DNA of 64,000 nucleotides from Octopus sinensis (lineage: Eukaryota): contig NC_043013.1 of NCBI RefSeq assembly GCF_006345805.1, positions 27,218,001-27,282,000 of the forward strand, read 5' to 3'. Positions 12,346 to 26,746 of this stretch are shown here, piece by piece. A program made the position numbers and the translations under genes. The notes under the pieces are model-generated. The model worked only from the letters and a program-made list of their open reading frames with translations, was not told the DNA's origin and ran no database searches. Positions within the stretch are counted from its first letter, which is position 1. Each line of letters starts with the position of its first letter.

Positions 12346-14752
12346 GTAGGTTGATGATGGCCTTACACACTAGAACAGTCAGCAAGATGCTATTTAAGGG
12401 GTATTTGATTGTTAAGTCTTACAGGTTGAGCAAGTAAGCAGAGGGTTCTCTTAGACAGAAGTACTAAAGCACCTAAGGGCCCTATTCACACAATAAACTT
12501 TTAAATTTATGTTTTGTTCATATATTTAGCATTTGAACAATTGCAGTGTGAAAGACACATTAGTCATTCAGAAACACACACAAGACTATTAACTTCATTT
12601 AAACATTTATTATTTGTTATTGGAGAAAACAGTGAGCTGGCAGAATTGTTAGCACACATTCTGAGTTCAAATGCCACTGAAGTCAAACTCACCTTTCATC
12701 TTTGGGTGGATAAAATAAGTACCAGCTGAGTACTAAGGTTGATGTACTCAACTAGCCCCATCTCTTTAAATTTCAGGCCTTTTGCCTATAGTAGAAAGAA
12801 TTATTTGTTATTTGGTGTCAAAATTTCGTCATACAAACTGTGACCTGGTCAAGAAGTCTTTGTGAGTTTTTGAATGGCTAACACGTGTTTTTCATACTGC
12901 AATCATTTTAGTTTCAACTTACAATCTCAGATCAAACCATTTACCTGGCAAATACACTGTCATAATTTAGCATTTAATTAACTGAGATTTATAGATCTGA
13001 CAACAATGTAGAGACAGAAGCTTAACATTGTCACAGTTTGTGAGAACTTACACTGCTTATACAAATGACATTGTGCAATCTGTTCAGTGAACTAACATTG
13101 TCCCATTGTTCACACAAATGACTTTCTCCTGTTGTTCACAGAAGTGAACTACTGCTGTTGCACTGTTCACTCATTCAACTTTACGCTACTGTTCTCCATA
13201 GATTTGATGTCATGCCACTGCTTCGTGGAACTTTGTGCCATCGCTGTTTCATAGATTCTTGGGGAGTGAGTGGTGAAAGTGTAAAGAATGCTGTATTTAA
13301 TTATATCTCCTGACATTACAAGTCAACATCCTGCTAGGGTCAGCTTTAGTTTTCATTTCTTTGCGGCCAATAAAATACCAGGGTTGTATATGTGTACATA
13401 TATATATATGTATATGTACACCTATACATGTGTGTACGTACACACACTTACACTTAGTTTCACTGACTGCAACTACTTCTCTTTTCCTTTAGAAAAAGAT
13501 GTGTCACCTTGTGTCAATAAATCAATCCTTGGCAATCTGAGCCTGTATTGGAGAGATAGAACTTGATACCATTTTCATAAATAATATTACCTTATGCCAA
13601 TATTCACAGACAACTTCATAGATTTGGCATCATGCCAATACGCGTTGATTTGTCATCATGCAAATCTTTGTAGATTCAACGTATGTGTATACTTGCGTGT
13701 GTGTGTGTGTGTGTATGCACAGTGGACTTCCATCACATCATATCTTCATATTGTTCCAGCTGTTCTTTTCACAGAAGAACTATCTACTCATTGAACTTGG
13801 AGTAAGTGGCTGAGTACTCCACAGACAACAGGCATATATTAAGCAGAATCTGTGTGACACTGTTTAACAAAGTTGAGTTTCTGAATTAAGCCTGGTTTTT
13901 ATTCTATCAGTGACTCTTGCTGAACTACGAAGTTAAAAGGATGTAAACAAACCAACTGGTTGTCAAGCAATAGTGAAGGATAAACACAACACAAATACAA
14001 ACATGCACAAACATACACACAAACGTGTGTGTATATATATGACAGGCTTTTTTCAGTTTCCATCTACCAAATCCACTTACAGGGCTTTGGTTGTCTCAGG
14101 GTTATAGTAGAAGATACTTATCCCAGGTACTGCGCAGCGGGACTGAACCCAGAACGCACTAATTGGGAAGCAGAGTTCTTACCACACAGCCACACCTGCT
14201 TTCTTTTAATATTATGTTCTTTCTTTCCTTTTCTTTTTGGTTTTTTTTTTTCATTCTTTCATTGATCTTGAGGAAAATCCTCTACCCATGCCCTTCACAA
14301 GATCCTTTGGGACCATTAACCTCAGTGCAGGATCAATGCTGTAAATGTTGGTGTTTGTTTGTGTGTGTATTTTGGAGATTTTTTTACTCTTCCAATATAT
14401 GTCTGCACGAATAACATAGACCAAAAAGGAATTCCAAGTAGCCCAGGACAAAGCATAATGATTAGTACAGGGCCCAGTGAGAAATATGAGATGCTTTGGG
14501 ATCAATTGTCTTGGTAACAGCTGTTTCGCATTACTAATTTGATGCTGTCTGATATCAGAAATTTTAACCTCTCTCTCTCTCCATCTATTTATCAATCTAT
14601 TTCTATCCTCTCTCCCTCTCTTTCTGTTTGTGTCTAAGAAGATGGAAGGTGTTAATAAATTGTAATATCTCTCTCTCTCTCTCTCCCTCCCTCCCTCTTA
14701 CACACACTCTTTCTGTCTGTATGTACATATTTTTTGTGTTTGTATGTTTCCA

Positions 14753-15050
14753 GTGGAGGTGCAATGGCCCAGTTGTTAGGGCAGCGGACTTGCGGTTGGA
14801 GGATTGCGGTTTCAATTCCCAGACCGGGCGTTGTGTGTGTTTATTGAGCGAAAACACCTAAAAGCTCCACGAGTTTCCAGCAGGGGGGGGGCGACCCCTG
14901 TTGTACTCTTTCACCACAACTTTCTCTCACTCTCTCTTCCTGTTTCTTGAGTAATGCTGTGATGGACTGGCATCCCGTCCAACTGGGGGGAACACATACG
15001 CCGCGGAAACTGGGCCCATGAGCCTGGCTAGGCTTGAAAAGGGCGACGTT
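14753..15050 (+). mobile_element. tRNA-derived SINE family D (second copy with the same head at 46198-46480, minus)
   Basis: Head GTGGAGGYGCAATGGCCYAGTKGTTAGGG...GGTTTCRATTCCCAGAC, then TTGTGTGTGTTTATTGAGC; GATGGACTGGCATCCCGTCCA domain. Confidence 0.75.
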
Positions 15051-15879
15051 TATGTTTCCAGTGCCAAAAGGTGCTGTCTCCAAAAGAGGTTGAATGTATG
15101 GTAAGAAGATTGCTTCCCAACCACATGGCCCCAAGTTCAGTCCTACTGTATGGTATCTTGTGGGGTGAAAGTGTCTTCTACTATAGCCCCAGGCCAACCA
15201 ACCCCAAAGCTTGTGAGTGGATTTGGCAGATGGAAACTGAAAGAACTCCATCATGTGTGTGCATGTGTGTCTTTGTATTTCTGCTTGTCACCCACTGTTA
15301 GTGTGTTTATGTCCCTCACAACTTAGCAGTTTGACAAAAGAGGACAACAGAATAAGTACCAGGCTTTAAAAAAGATGTTTTTAAATTTACTGAGGGGGTC
15401 GAGTCATTCAACTGAAAATTCTTTAAGACTGCCCCAGCATGGTCGCAGCCTAATGAGTGAAACAAGAAAAAGATATAAAAGAACTCTTACAGCATATGCA
15501 TTATCAATTCGTTGTTGCTGTTGATGATGATGATCTGTTCTTAAAATACCGTTCTTCATTGCCTGTTCTTACATTTACATTTGTATCTCTATCCCTCTAT
15601 GCCATGGCAAGCCTTAAAAAAAAAATCATAAAAGGATTGTCAGTATTTTAATCATACACTTAATTCTACTATCCAGTTTTGCTTGTAATTTTTACCATTC
15701 TCTAATTAGATGGACTTTTTTTTTTCTCCCCACCCCACCCCACACCTTGTTTAGAACAGGACATTTTCCACATAGCAACTGTATTAATTAACCATCATTA
15801 TCAGAAAATCTGTTATTCAATCTGCTCCTCTTCAAAGGAAAATTTTCTCTTGATATCCATGTGTGCATGGCATGTGTAT

Positions 15880-15882
15880 GTG

Positions 15883-15927
<45 letters not shown>

Positions 15928-16082
15928 CTTTCATTCATGAAATTTAGAATTATTCTTTATTTTTTCCCAAAAACCTTTTTAAGTAAGTCTTTTAATTTTT
16001 GTCTTAAATATAAGTAGAATGAGGCCATTTGAATGCAAACATGTGTGATATATATATGTATGTATGTATTTATTTATATGTA

Positions 16083-16127
<45 letters not shown>

Positions 16128-16164
16128 ATATGTGTGTGTGTGTGTATGTATATATGTGTGTGTG

Positions 16165-16228
<64 letters not shown>

Positions 16229-16233
16229 GGGCA

Positions 16234-16291
<58 letters not shown>

Positions 16292-16346
16292 ATAGATATA
16301 TATATGTGTGTGTGTGTATGTATGTATATTTAAGCATATATATATG

Positions 16347-16377
<31 letters not shown>

Positions 16378-16475
16378 ATGTATGTATATATTAAGCATAT
16401 ATATATATATATATGTGTGTGTGTGTATGTATGTATATATTTAAGCATATATATATGTATATGTGTGCACATGTG

Positions 16476-16508
<33 letters not shown>

Positions 16509-16560
16509 TGTGTGTATGTGTATATGTGTGTGCATGCATTTTATGTGCGTATATGCATAA
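15880..16560. repeat. Compound (TA)n/(TG)n microsatellite array (similar arrays at 19790-20050, 49850-50050, 62340-62520)
   Basis: Direct inspection; these arrays give rise to the YIYI/CVCV ORFs. Confidence 0.97.
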
Positions 16561-17916
16561 ATACTGCTTTGTTTATCATATCAATATTTATGTTGGTCTA
16601 TTTAAGAGCTTCTTATGACGTTCACTGGGTGGTGTTGAAAGGATTGGTTCACAAAAGGGTCACGATGATGTGAACTTTCCTTTCTTACAGAATCTAATGT
16701 GCTTTTGTGCATGTATGCGTGTGTGTGTGTGTGTGTGTGTGTGCGTGCATGCACACACATGCAAATTTATTACGTGGTGTAGGCAGGTAAGGTTGGTTAG
16801 TTTATTTAAGAGCTGAACAAAGGTAGGCATTTGACTGCTTTATGAAAACTTGTAGTCTCACCTGGTTTAAGCCTTCTTTATTATGAATAATTGTAGCTTT
16901 CGTTCAGGTGTTAATGTCACAGTATCTCCAGCAGTTAATCACTTTTGACTAACATTGATTTTAATTTACATATTTTTATTTCTTCATCATAGTGTTAAAA
17001 GAATATTGGGTGTTTGGGTTTTTTGTTTTTGTTATTTTTGCTGATTTGGTACAAGACTAGATACATTTACTTCTTTCTATCTACAGCCTTGAGTTCAAAT
17101 CCTGCTATTGTTGACTTTTTGTCTTTCATCCATTCACTGTTCATTGAAATATGTACCAGTTATGTACTGGGTACAATCTATTTGTTTGTAACCATTCTAT
17201 TGTAAATTATGGCCCGGTTCTGAAATGGCTATGTGGTTAAGAAGCTTGCTGTGCAACCAGTTGGTTTCACATTCAGAGGTTCAATATTGTAAAAAGAAAA
17301 GGAAACTGTCAGATACATAAGGCTATGCTATGGTTTCAGTCCCTGATAAAAGCATAAGCTTACATCATTTATACACTGTAAATAGCTTTGCCCGAAATAT
17401 TTCCTTGTCCCTTTGTGCCTTAATCTGAAAAGTAAACAAAGCAAAAGTGGTGGGTGGGGGTTGTATTATTATCATTTTTTTTTTAGGAGTGGCTGTGTGG
17501 TAAGTAACTTGCTTACCAACTACATGGTTCCAGGTTCAGTTCCACTGCTTGGCACCTTGGGCAAGTGTCTTCTACTATAGCCTCAGGCTGACCAAAGCCT
17601 TATAGTGGATTTGGTAAACGGAAACTGAAAGAAGCCCATCATGTATATGTATGTGTGTGTGTTTGTGTGTCTGTATTTGTCCTCCCAACATTGCTTGACA
17701 ACCGATGCTGGTGTGTTTACGTCCCCATAACTTAGCAGTTTGGCAAAAGAGACAGATAGAATAAGTACTAGGCTTCCAAAGAATAAGTCCTGGGGTCTAT
17801 TTGGTCGACTAAAGGTGGTGCTCCAGCATGGCCGCAGTCAAATTACTGAAACAAGTAAACGAGTACAAGATACAGCAGAAAGATGTGTTACGTGTTTCAT
17901 ATCCCTGTCTTTTTAA

Positions 17917-18115
17917 CCCTTTATCATTCAAACCAGCAATATCCGGCTCAAATATTCTACCTACTTTATGTTAAAACTGTCTGGATTTGGTCTCTCGCAC
18001 TTACCCTACAATGTCATTCTAAAAGTATCACATTGAAATCGCAAAGCTATGATTAATTAAAAATAATGCAAATAAATAGGGTTACATTTGAAAGAGTAAT
18101 TTGAATGTTAAAGGG
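17917..18115. mobile_element. TTAA-flanked MITE with CCCTT...AAGGG ends (piggyBac-type termini); further copies at about 6860-7070, 33490-33662, 35065-35423 (pair), 48255-48460, 61126-61344, 62650-62870
   Basis: TTAA|CCCTTTATCATT...AATGTTAAAGGG|TTAA, about 200-220 bp, with a shared internal sequence across copies. Confidence 0.85.
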
Positions 18116-19917
18116 TTAAATAATGTTAGGTACATACATAGATAGGGACCTCAATATGGTCACTTGATTTGCAAGCAATAGCAGCCAAATTTCAGCCTAC
18201 CTTTTTTTTTTCACAAACAGGACATGTAATCTTACAGGGTGGTCATAACTGAATACCTTTGACTATAAGTTGACCTGGAAGTTACACAACAAATATATAG
18301 ACTGTATAGCCATGAAAAGATCTTCCACAGGGTCGTTTGCTTTACTAGAAATAACAACTAAATCTCTCTGGGATCACACAATTTTGATGGATGCATTGGA
18401 CAAGTTGGGGAACAGCTATGTGGTTCGTGACTTACTAGAAATAGCAACTAAACTATACCTTACTACCTTAGAAAAGAAGGACATGCTGGATAATTTGATC
18501 ACTGAGTGATCTACTATTATGCCATGGTAAAAGACAGAATGGCCATTACTGGAACATATATAATACAGAGTACGAGAAACCTCGCAAATAAATAAGTAAA
18601 TAAGTTTCAAATATATTGCAGGCATGGTTGTGTGGTAAGAAGTTTGCTTCCCAACCACATGGTTCCAGGTTCAGTCTCAATCTTACTGCATGGTACCTAC
18701 TATAGCCTCAGGCTGACCAAAGCCTCATGAGTGGATTTGGTAGACAACTCTACCAAATCTACTCGGTGGTAGTAGCAAATATTCAAAGCCCATCATGTGT
18801 GTGTATGTGTATGTTCCCCACCGATGCTTGACAACCAGTGCTGGTGGTGTTTACATCCCTATGACTTAGCGGTTCAGCAAAAGAAACTGAGATAATAAAT
18901 ACCAGGCTTTTTATGACAAAAAATAAGTACTGGGGTTGGTTCATTTGACTAAAAATTATTCAAGGCAGTGCTCCAGCATGGCCACGGTCTAATGACTGGA
19001 ACAAAAGATGAAGTCCAAATCAATTTTTAAATCTATTGACAAATGGAATTATTACTATTAGTTATGATTTTAATTATAGTGTTGGGTTTTGTGTTGTTGT
19101 TTTGTTTAGTGTTTTTTATTTAACAGGATTGGTTGATGAGAGAAAATAAAGTTTTTAGCCTTAGTTTTAAAGTCCTGACAAATATATTATTGTCCCAGCA
19201 CGCTAATAAGGAAGCAATTTTTATGAAATTTTCTCTCCAATCAATTCGAATTCTTCTCAGAAAAACAAATAAACTGTCATGACTCATTCATTCTTCTAGA
19301 TTCATCCAAATTAAACTCGAGACTTTATGGCTGTATGTCTTTATTTGCATTGAAATCAATAAGGTTCTGAGTTTCTGTATTACACATCCTCTCCTCCTCC
19401 TCCTCCTCCACCACCACCTCCTCCCCCCCCAGTCACCACACCAAACCACACTCTCTTCTCACTTCTCATTTCTCGCCACTCTGTGGCATAGTGCGGTATT
19501 TATTTTTGCACCGTTAACAGTATGATCCTTTTCTCAGGCCATGATTTTATACTCTTTCAAATGTGATCTAATTTTCTCTTTAGCAGCTTCCTTGTTTCTC
19601 TTCTTCCCAGAGCATTTCAGAGCTGCTTCATTGCCACCGATGCTGCCGGTGCAGCAGCAGCAGCAGCTACCTCCTTGGTTCACACATTCTTCTGTCCACC
19701 TCTCGTTATTCTAATTTCATTCATAAAACTTGCAACTTGGGCACACAATTGGAGAAGATATGTTATAATCATATCATTGACACACACACACACATATGTA
19801 TACATACATACATCATCTGAAGAGATTATATATATATATATATATATACACATGCATACATATACATATGTATGTATATTATATATATATACACACACAC
19901 ACACATGTATGTATATA

Positions 19918-19969
<52 letters not shown>

Positions 19970-20021
19970 TGCCTACATATATATATATATGTGTGTATGT
20001 ATATATATATGTATACACACA

Positions 20022-20055
<34 letters not shown>

Positions 20056-23000
20056 GGTATTGGCATAGCCATGTGGTTAAGAAGCTTACTTCCCGACCCT
20101 GTGGACTTGGGTTCAGTTGCACTACCCAGCATTTTGGGCAAGTGTCTTCTACTGTGGCCTTAGGCTGACCAACACCTTGTAATTGAATTCGGTAGACAGA
20201 AACTGAAAAGCTTGTCATGTTTGTCTGGACATCATGTTATGTTTGTAAATGAGTGTCACTATCCTCAAACAAGCAATGTTGTTCATTTCCAGTCTTCCAT
20301 GACAAACATGTCTGGCTTTGGTAAAATATTATCTTGCTTGGAAACAGGTGAGGTACTCTATAAAAAAACAGTGTTGAGTAATTCTTTAGTTCAATATTAA
20401 ATTGGCTTTATTATTTAAAAAAAAAAAAGCAATATCTCTATATAGGCAGCTTGCTGCCAGAATCATTAGCAAGGTAGGCGAAATGCATAGCAGCATTTTG
20501 TCCATCTTCACGTTTTGAGTTCAAATTCTGCTGTGGTCAACTTTGCCTTTCATCCTTTTGGGGTCAGTAAAATAATTACTAGTTCAGTAGTGGGGTTGAT
20601 GTAATCGATTAGCCTCCTCCCCCCATTTCCCTGAACTTGCTGGCCTTGTGCCAAAATTTGAAATCAATATGTGTGTGTGTAAAAACATCATGAAAATGTC
20701 ACAAAAAACTGCTACTCAGAGCTTCACGTTCCTGTTCATCGGGCAGTTGTGATCTAGACCTAGATCTAGATGAATGGGGAACATTAAACTCTGAGTAGCA
20801 GTTTTTTGTGGCATTTTTGTGGTATTTTTGCAGCTTTAATAATAAAGCATATTACTCTACCTCTGGTATTCGAGTACTATTTTTCCCCACCTTGCTTTGC
20901 ATTTATGTGCTTACTCTGGTATATATGTATGTATATGAAAGAATAATTATAATGATTTGCATTTTCTTGTCCTGTAATAACAATGACATGGACTGTGTAT
21001 ATGGAGGGAAGAGTGTGAAGTGATGATGTTCATTCATCTCTGATAGCATTGAAGCAGCTGGTATGACAGCATCTTATGGAATGCTTTGGAGTTCTCAGAC
21101 TAGTCCTTGTATATTTCTAGCTCAAAATTTCAGTGTTCTTGTCTTTACTTTATACTTATCTGGATTTAATGAAGCAGGTGCTATACTCACTCTCATTTTT
21201 GTGCTAATTGCCTTTATACATCCTCTTCACATGTGTGTATGTGTGTGAGAGAGTGATGTAATTATTTGTTATTTTTGTTCCACAGATAAAAATAGAAAAA
21301 TTATTTACAATAATTTGTGTATATCTTATATCCCAGACTTGGTTGCTGCCAAACACTTCATGCAGTCGGTCTTTTCTCCCCAGGACTGTAACCCTCATGA
21401 ATTGTCTCTCTGCTGGTTTTGTTGTTTTTTTCCCATCCACCCCCCTACAATTGTCCTACATTCTGAGTATCAACCTGTATTAATCTCATCAGCCTGGGAA
21501 TATGAACTGCAAAATTTACAGTCAATGTCCTGTCCCTTTTGACTAAATTTATTATAGATTGACATAAAAAAAAACCAGAAATATCACGAAGGCTTGATAA
21601 GTTGACTTAACCGTAAACATGTAAAAAAAATGTTTTTTATTTGTTATTATTGAAGATTGGGTATTTAGATTTGCTTGCATCGCATTTCTTGCAATAACAT
21701 ATATCAATATATTCTATGCCTCCATTTGTGTGTATGTTTGGTTGTTTTCTGCTAAGTTGCAATTTTCAGCCATAACAGTGCACCAACTATCATCATTGTT
21801 ATGGTTTTAACGTCCACTTTTTCATGCTTGCATGGATCGGATGGAGTTTAATGAGGAAAATTTTCTATGGCCTGATACCCTTCCTGTTAGCAACCCTCAT
21901 TCCTAAGTAAAGTAGTATTTTCCCATGACCAGACAGGTTTTCACAGAAGGATGGAAATCTGCATATAACTGACATTCATTTACAACTATCATACAATGCT
22001 AAGGCAACGAAACAAACACACATGCATGTGTACACACACACACACACACGGTGTATATAAGGAGTTATAATCCAAGCTGTGTCCTCATAAAGTACATCTG
22101 CATGATTACATTAATCAAATGTATGTATATAGATCATCATCATCATTTAACATCCACTTTCCATGCTGGCATGAGTTGGACGGTTTGACTGAGGTCTGGC
22201 AAGCCAAAAGGCTGTACTAGGCTCCAATCTGATGCAGCCTCTTTAAATGATGCATGCATAGCATTTGAAATTTCTATGAATTCCATTTGCAGAGTAATTA
22301 CATGTCGAAACAAAAGAATGGAAAAGTCTGGTATATTTTCAATTCCAGTGTTACACAGGTTTCATTTCCAGACAGGACTCCTATCCAGGAATGGAACACA
22401 TGTAACATGGAATTAAAAATATACCACAATTTTTCAGTTTTTTTTTGTTATATATATATATATATATATCAATCTCAATCTCAACCAACTGGCTCCCTTC
22501 AGTTTCTGTCTACCAAATACTACTCACAAGGCTTTGATTGGCCCTGTTTCATTGAATCCAATAGAAAATACTTGCTACCCAAGGTGCCACACAGTGGGGT
22601 TAAACTTGGATCCATGTAGTTGAGAAGCATAGTTCTTAACCACACATTTATATTCTTTTTCAGCAGAGATGCAGCATTTTTTTTACTCCATACAGCAATT
22701 CCTGACATTTTTCAGTCTATGACACATTTAAATAAGGTACTAAAAGGTGTTCCCACATGCAATCAACCTTTTAAGACTTTATATTAAAAGAAAAAAAGTT
22801 ATTGTAATTGCTTTAAGACAGAAGAGTGCATGCACTGCACTTTGCTGCAAGCAAATCATGCATGCAATCATGTATTGCATGAAAAAAAACACTCAAGGTC
22901 TTGAAATATCCCATTATTTTCTAACTCATCTCAAAAGCAGCACACCTGTAACTCATATGCACTACAAGAGTGCCACATCACAGGAGTCCGAAATGTCTGC

Positions 23001-23654
23001 TTCTTTGGGTAGAATAAACATTCACAGGCTCTCTTTCCAATTCCTGCTGCATTTCACATGGAATTTTTTGTTCCTCCCAAAAAGTCTTCTTGGTGTCTTA
23101 AGGCGACCTACTTTTTTGTGGGGCTGTAAACTTTGGTTTGCAAAATTCAACTTGTATGCCGGAAAATATGGTCTGAAAATTTCTCTATTACCAATACACG
23201 GGTAAATTTGTTCTTTTTTTTTTTTTTTTTTTTCACGTTTGTTTTCTTATTAAATATGAAAGTCGACATTGTGAGAGAGATCCCGAGGATCTCAACTCAC
23301 CATATGAACACGAAAAGGTGTGTGGGTTGGGTTTTCGATTGGTTTGTGGTGGGATATAATCCCAAGTTAAATTTAATTTAGCTGTTGTAATCTTTGTTCA
23401 GATTTGAATGTTTAAATAAAATGAAAACAAAAGATAAACGAACAGCAACAACAACCATAAAATAGTGATCGTCCCTGTATATAGCTTCCCATTCTTACAT
23501 TTCCTGTTGACTAAAGTCACATTATTTTAAGAATTGATGAAAATGGCTTTTATTGAATGTTCTTGCAATTTTTCCTGCTAATTTTTAAAAAATTTTATTG
23601 CTTTATTTTATTATGTAATTTTTAAAAAACATATTTGTGCTTTTTCTAAAAATT

Positions 23655-23873
23655 TATTTACTCTTGTTTCTCTCTCTCTCTCTCTTTCATTTACACACAC
23701 ATTCTCTCTCTCGCTCTCTCTCTCTCTCTCTGCGCCTCCCTCCCTCTTGGATATATCCACCCTCCTTCTCTCCCATTTTTTGTCATTCAAGAACACTCCT
23801 CACACACACACATACTTTCTCCTTCCTTCGTGGATACATACCCTCTTTCTCCTATTTTTCTCTCATTCAAGAA

Positions 23874-23905
<32 letters not shown>

Positions 23906-24211
23906 CACATACCTGCTTTCACTTGTGCATTCTCTTTTTCTTTCATAACCACACACACACACTTTCTTACACACCCACATATCAGTGTACTCTTCTCCTT
24001 TAGCCACAATGTCCATAATATTCTCTACACACCATGCTCCCGCCCTCTCTCTCTCCCTCTTTCTCTCTTTCTTTCTCTCTTTCTCTCTCTCTCTCTCTCT
24101 TTCCCTCTCTATTTCTCTTTACTTTTCTTTCCCTTTTTAACCAAACAATCATGAAATTTTGAATATACACTGACTCCCTCCCTCCTTGAATATACACTCT
24201 CCCTCTCTCCT

Positions 24212-24260
<49 letters not shown>
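23655..24260. repeat. (CT)n/(CA)n polypyrimidine low-complexity tract (another at 41590-41960)
   Basis: Direct inspection. Confidence 0.9.
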
Positions 24261-25194
24261 ACCCTTTTTAACTAAACAGTCATGAAAATCCTGAAAATCT
24301 CCATCACTCTATTTTTAGTGGCATAGCAATTAAATGTTTGATTAATCAGACATTTTAAACAAATGAAATTCTTTGCATGAAATCTTGAATTTTAAAACCA
24401 TGTATAGAATTTAGCTTGAGGGATAAATTTCATTTACATTTGTTACAAATGACTCACTCTTACAAACTTCTCATCATATAATAAATCTCTCCAACACTAC
24501 AGCCCTCTCTCTCTCTCTTTGCATCCTTGTTATTATTATTATTATTATTATTGTTATTAATATTATTATTATTGTTATTATCATTATTATTAAAGGTGGC
24601 AAGCTGGCAGAATCATTAGTGTGTCGGACGGAATGCCTAGTGGCATTTCTTCTGGCTCATGAGAGTTCAAATTCTGCTGAGGTCAGCTTTACCTTTAATC
24701 TCTGTGGGGTTGATTAAATACTCTGTCAATCAAATATGGGGGGGGGGGTTAACTGATTTACCCCTTTCCTTCAAAACTACTGGCTTTGTGCCAAAATTAG
24801 AAAGAATCGTTATTATTATTATTATTATTATTAAAGGCAGTGAACTAGCAGAATTGTTACCAAATAAGTACAGTTGGGCACTGGGGTTCATGTTATCAAC
24901 TAGACCCCACTCCCAAAATTTCAGGCCTAGTGCTTATGGTAAAAAGGATTATTATTATTAAGGCAGTGTGCTGGTAAGATTGTTAGCACATTACACAAAA
25001 TGCTTAGCAGCATTTTTTCCATCATTACGTTCTGAGTTTAAATTCTGCCAAGGTCACATTACCTTCCATCCTTCCAGAGTTGATAAAATAAGTACCAGTT
25101 GAACAGTAGGGTCATTGTAATTGACTTATCCCCTCCCGAATCTGGCTGTCCTTGTGCCGAAATTTGAAATAATTATTATTATCATTATTATATA

Positions 25195-26420
25195 AGGCAC
25201 CTGGAGAGGCAGGCCCAGGCACCTGGAAAAGCAGGCCCAGGCACCTTGTGAGGAAGGCTTATGCCAACCGACTGCATGGTGGGGTACTGGATGGAAGGAC
25301 CTGTTAAGTTGCTCAGGGTCTAATTCAGTCCAGATCTCCAAGTGGACAAGAACTGGGGTGAGGTGACAGACTGGGTGACCAGTCTCACCCAGAAGTGGGC
25401 CGAGAGGAAGCTGTCTCTGAAAGGTTGGATGGGGGTGGCGAATGCATACGACAGATCCATCATATACTATTGCCTGTCTGTTGTCCCTTGCCCCGCTTCA
25501 TGGCTGAACGGGCTGGTGTGTTTGCTTCTTCACTTCCTGTGGAGGAAACAGGTATTATTTGTCAAATGGTCCATTTGCTGTCAGTACCTGTTGAACGGAG
25601 GACTGGGCATGCTGTGGCTGAGGACACACAGACACACACTGAGGCTGCAGCATCTCCAGTGATACCTTAACGGTGAGCAGATGAGGTCGCCGTTTGTTGA
25701 ATGCACTTTTCCGCAGCTCATCTCCTTGATGGAGTTACAGTCATGGATGAGGCATAGACCGAGGTAGGACGTTTGGCGCCTCAGATGTCTCCAAGTGCTC
25801 ACAGCCCTTGGCCAGTCAAGCAATGCAGTCAGTGGAAGTTCTACCTTGGAGTTGTACAGGCATGGGTGTGCAATCAGTTGGGCTTGTCCAAGATGCACGC
25901 GAAGTGATGAAACTGTTCTGCATGCTCTCTTACAGAGTCCACACATTGCTGACTTGTGGAGCTTTGTTGAACAGTTATTGTCACATGTAGGACGGATCCA
26001 GCTATCATCCAAGCCCATTGTGAAGATCACCCCACCTCCTTCCTTTGGCCAGGAAGGAAGGGCAATTTTTCTCTGTCTGGTGGCTATGGCAAAAGAGGTT
26101 GTGTGATGAACGTGATTGAAAGGGTTGAAGACATGTACCTTCCTCTATGGCCAAGTCCTCATTGACTTTTTCAGGTTCCACCTGAAAAGGAAAATGAGGC
26201 TGGAGAGGGAGGTACTGCCATCCAGTACATTCATTGAAAGGTTGGTGAATGTGACAAGAATGGCCCGCGCAAATGGGCCTACTCTAAGTGTGCACTTGTA
26301 GGATGAATGGAATGGAGAGGGGAAGGTGCCTTCCTAAGGAGCCTTTGGTGTTAAGGGGTCCAAAGTTTGGGAGGCCTGTTTGGTCACCTTATTGTGGAAC
26401 TCCCCCTCCTATTGGGGAAG
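25195..26420 (+). mobile_element. 5'-truncated Tx1/L1-clade LINE remnant (RT thumb plus C-terminal zinc-knuckle region)
   Basis: GPVKLLRV*FSPDLQVDKNW...KLSLKG...FLW...GGLGM, then CPRC..ETVLHALLQ (zf-RVT-like) and the C-terminal helix region; several frameshifts and stops. Confidence 0.9.
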
Positions 26421-26746
26421 CATATTGATGATTTAATCTCTTTGCTGTTTACACATTTAACATCACTGTCAACCTCTAAGTTATATGTTCAGCCCTGGTG
26501 GACAATAAAGAAAGTATTGGTGGTGGCGGCAGTTGCTGCTGTTGTTGTTGTTGTTATATCATGCTGTTATGGTGTAGAGGAGAGATTTCACTATCAGCCA
26601 AGACTATCATGAAGATCAGACTGACACCTTCCTTTGGGAAGGTAGAACAGGTAGTCTTGTACAACTTCCACTTAAAACAGAGAGAGGAACGGCACGTCTG
26701 CAGGACAGAGGTTGGAGTGTGTTTGTGAGAAACTTTATGCCAATCA

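Noticed and set aside
16029-16673. ORFs of YI/CV/HT repeats here and at 852-1115, 4109-4521, 19675-20218 and 49825-50133
   Set aside because: Translations of (TA)n/(TG)n microsatellites, which contain no stop codons; no splice or homology support.
22747-23381. ORFs 22747-23205 and 23133-23381, and a minus-strand ATG|GTGAGT donor near 23300
   Set aside because: No homology recognised and no convincing paired splice sites.
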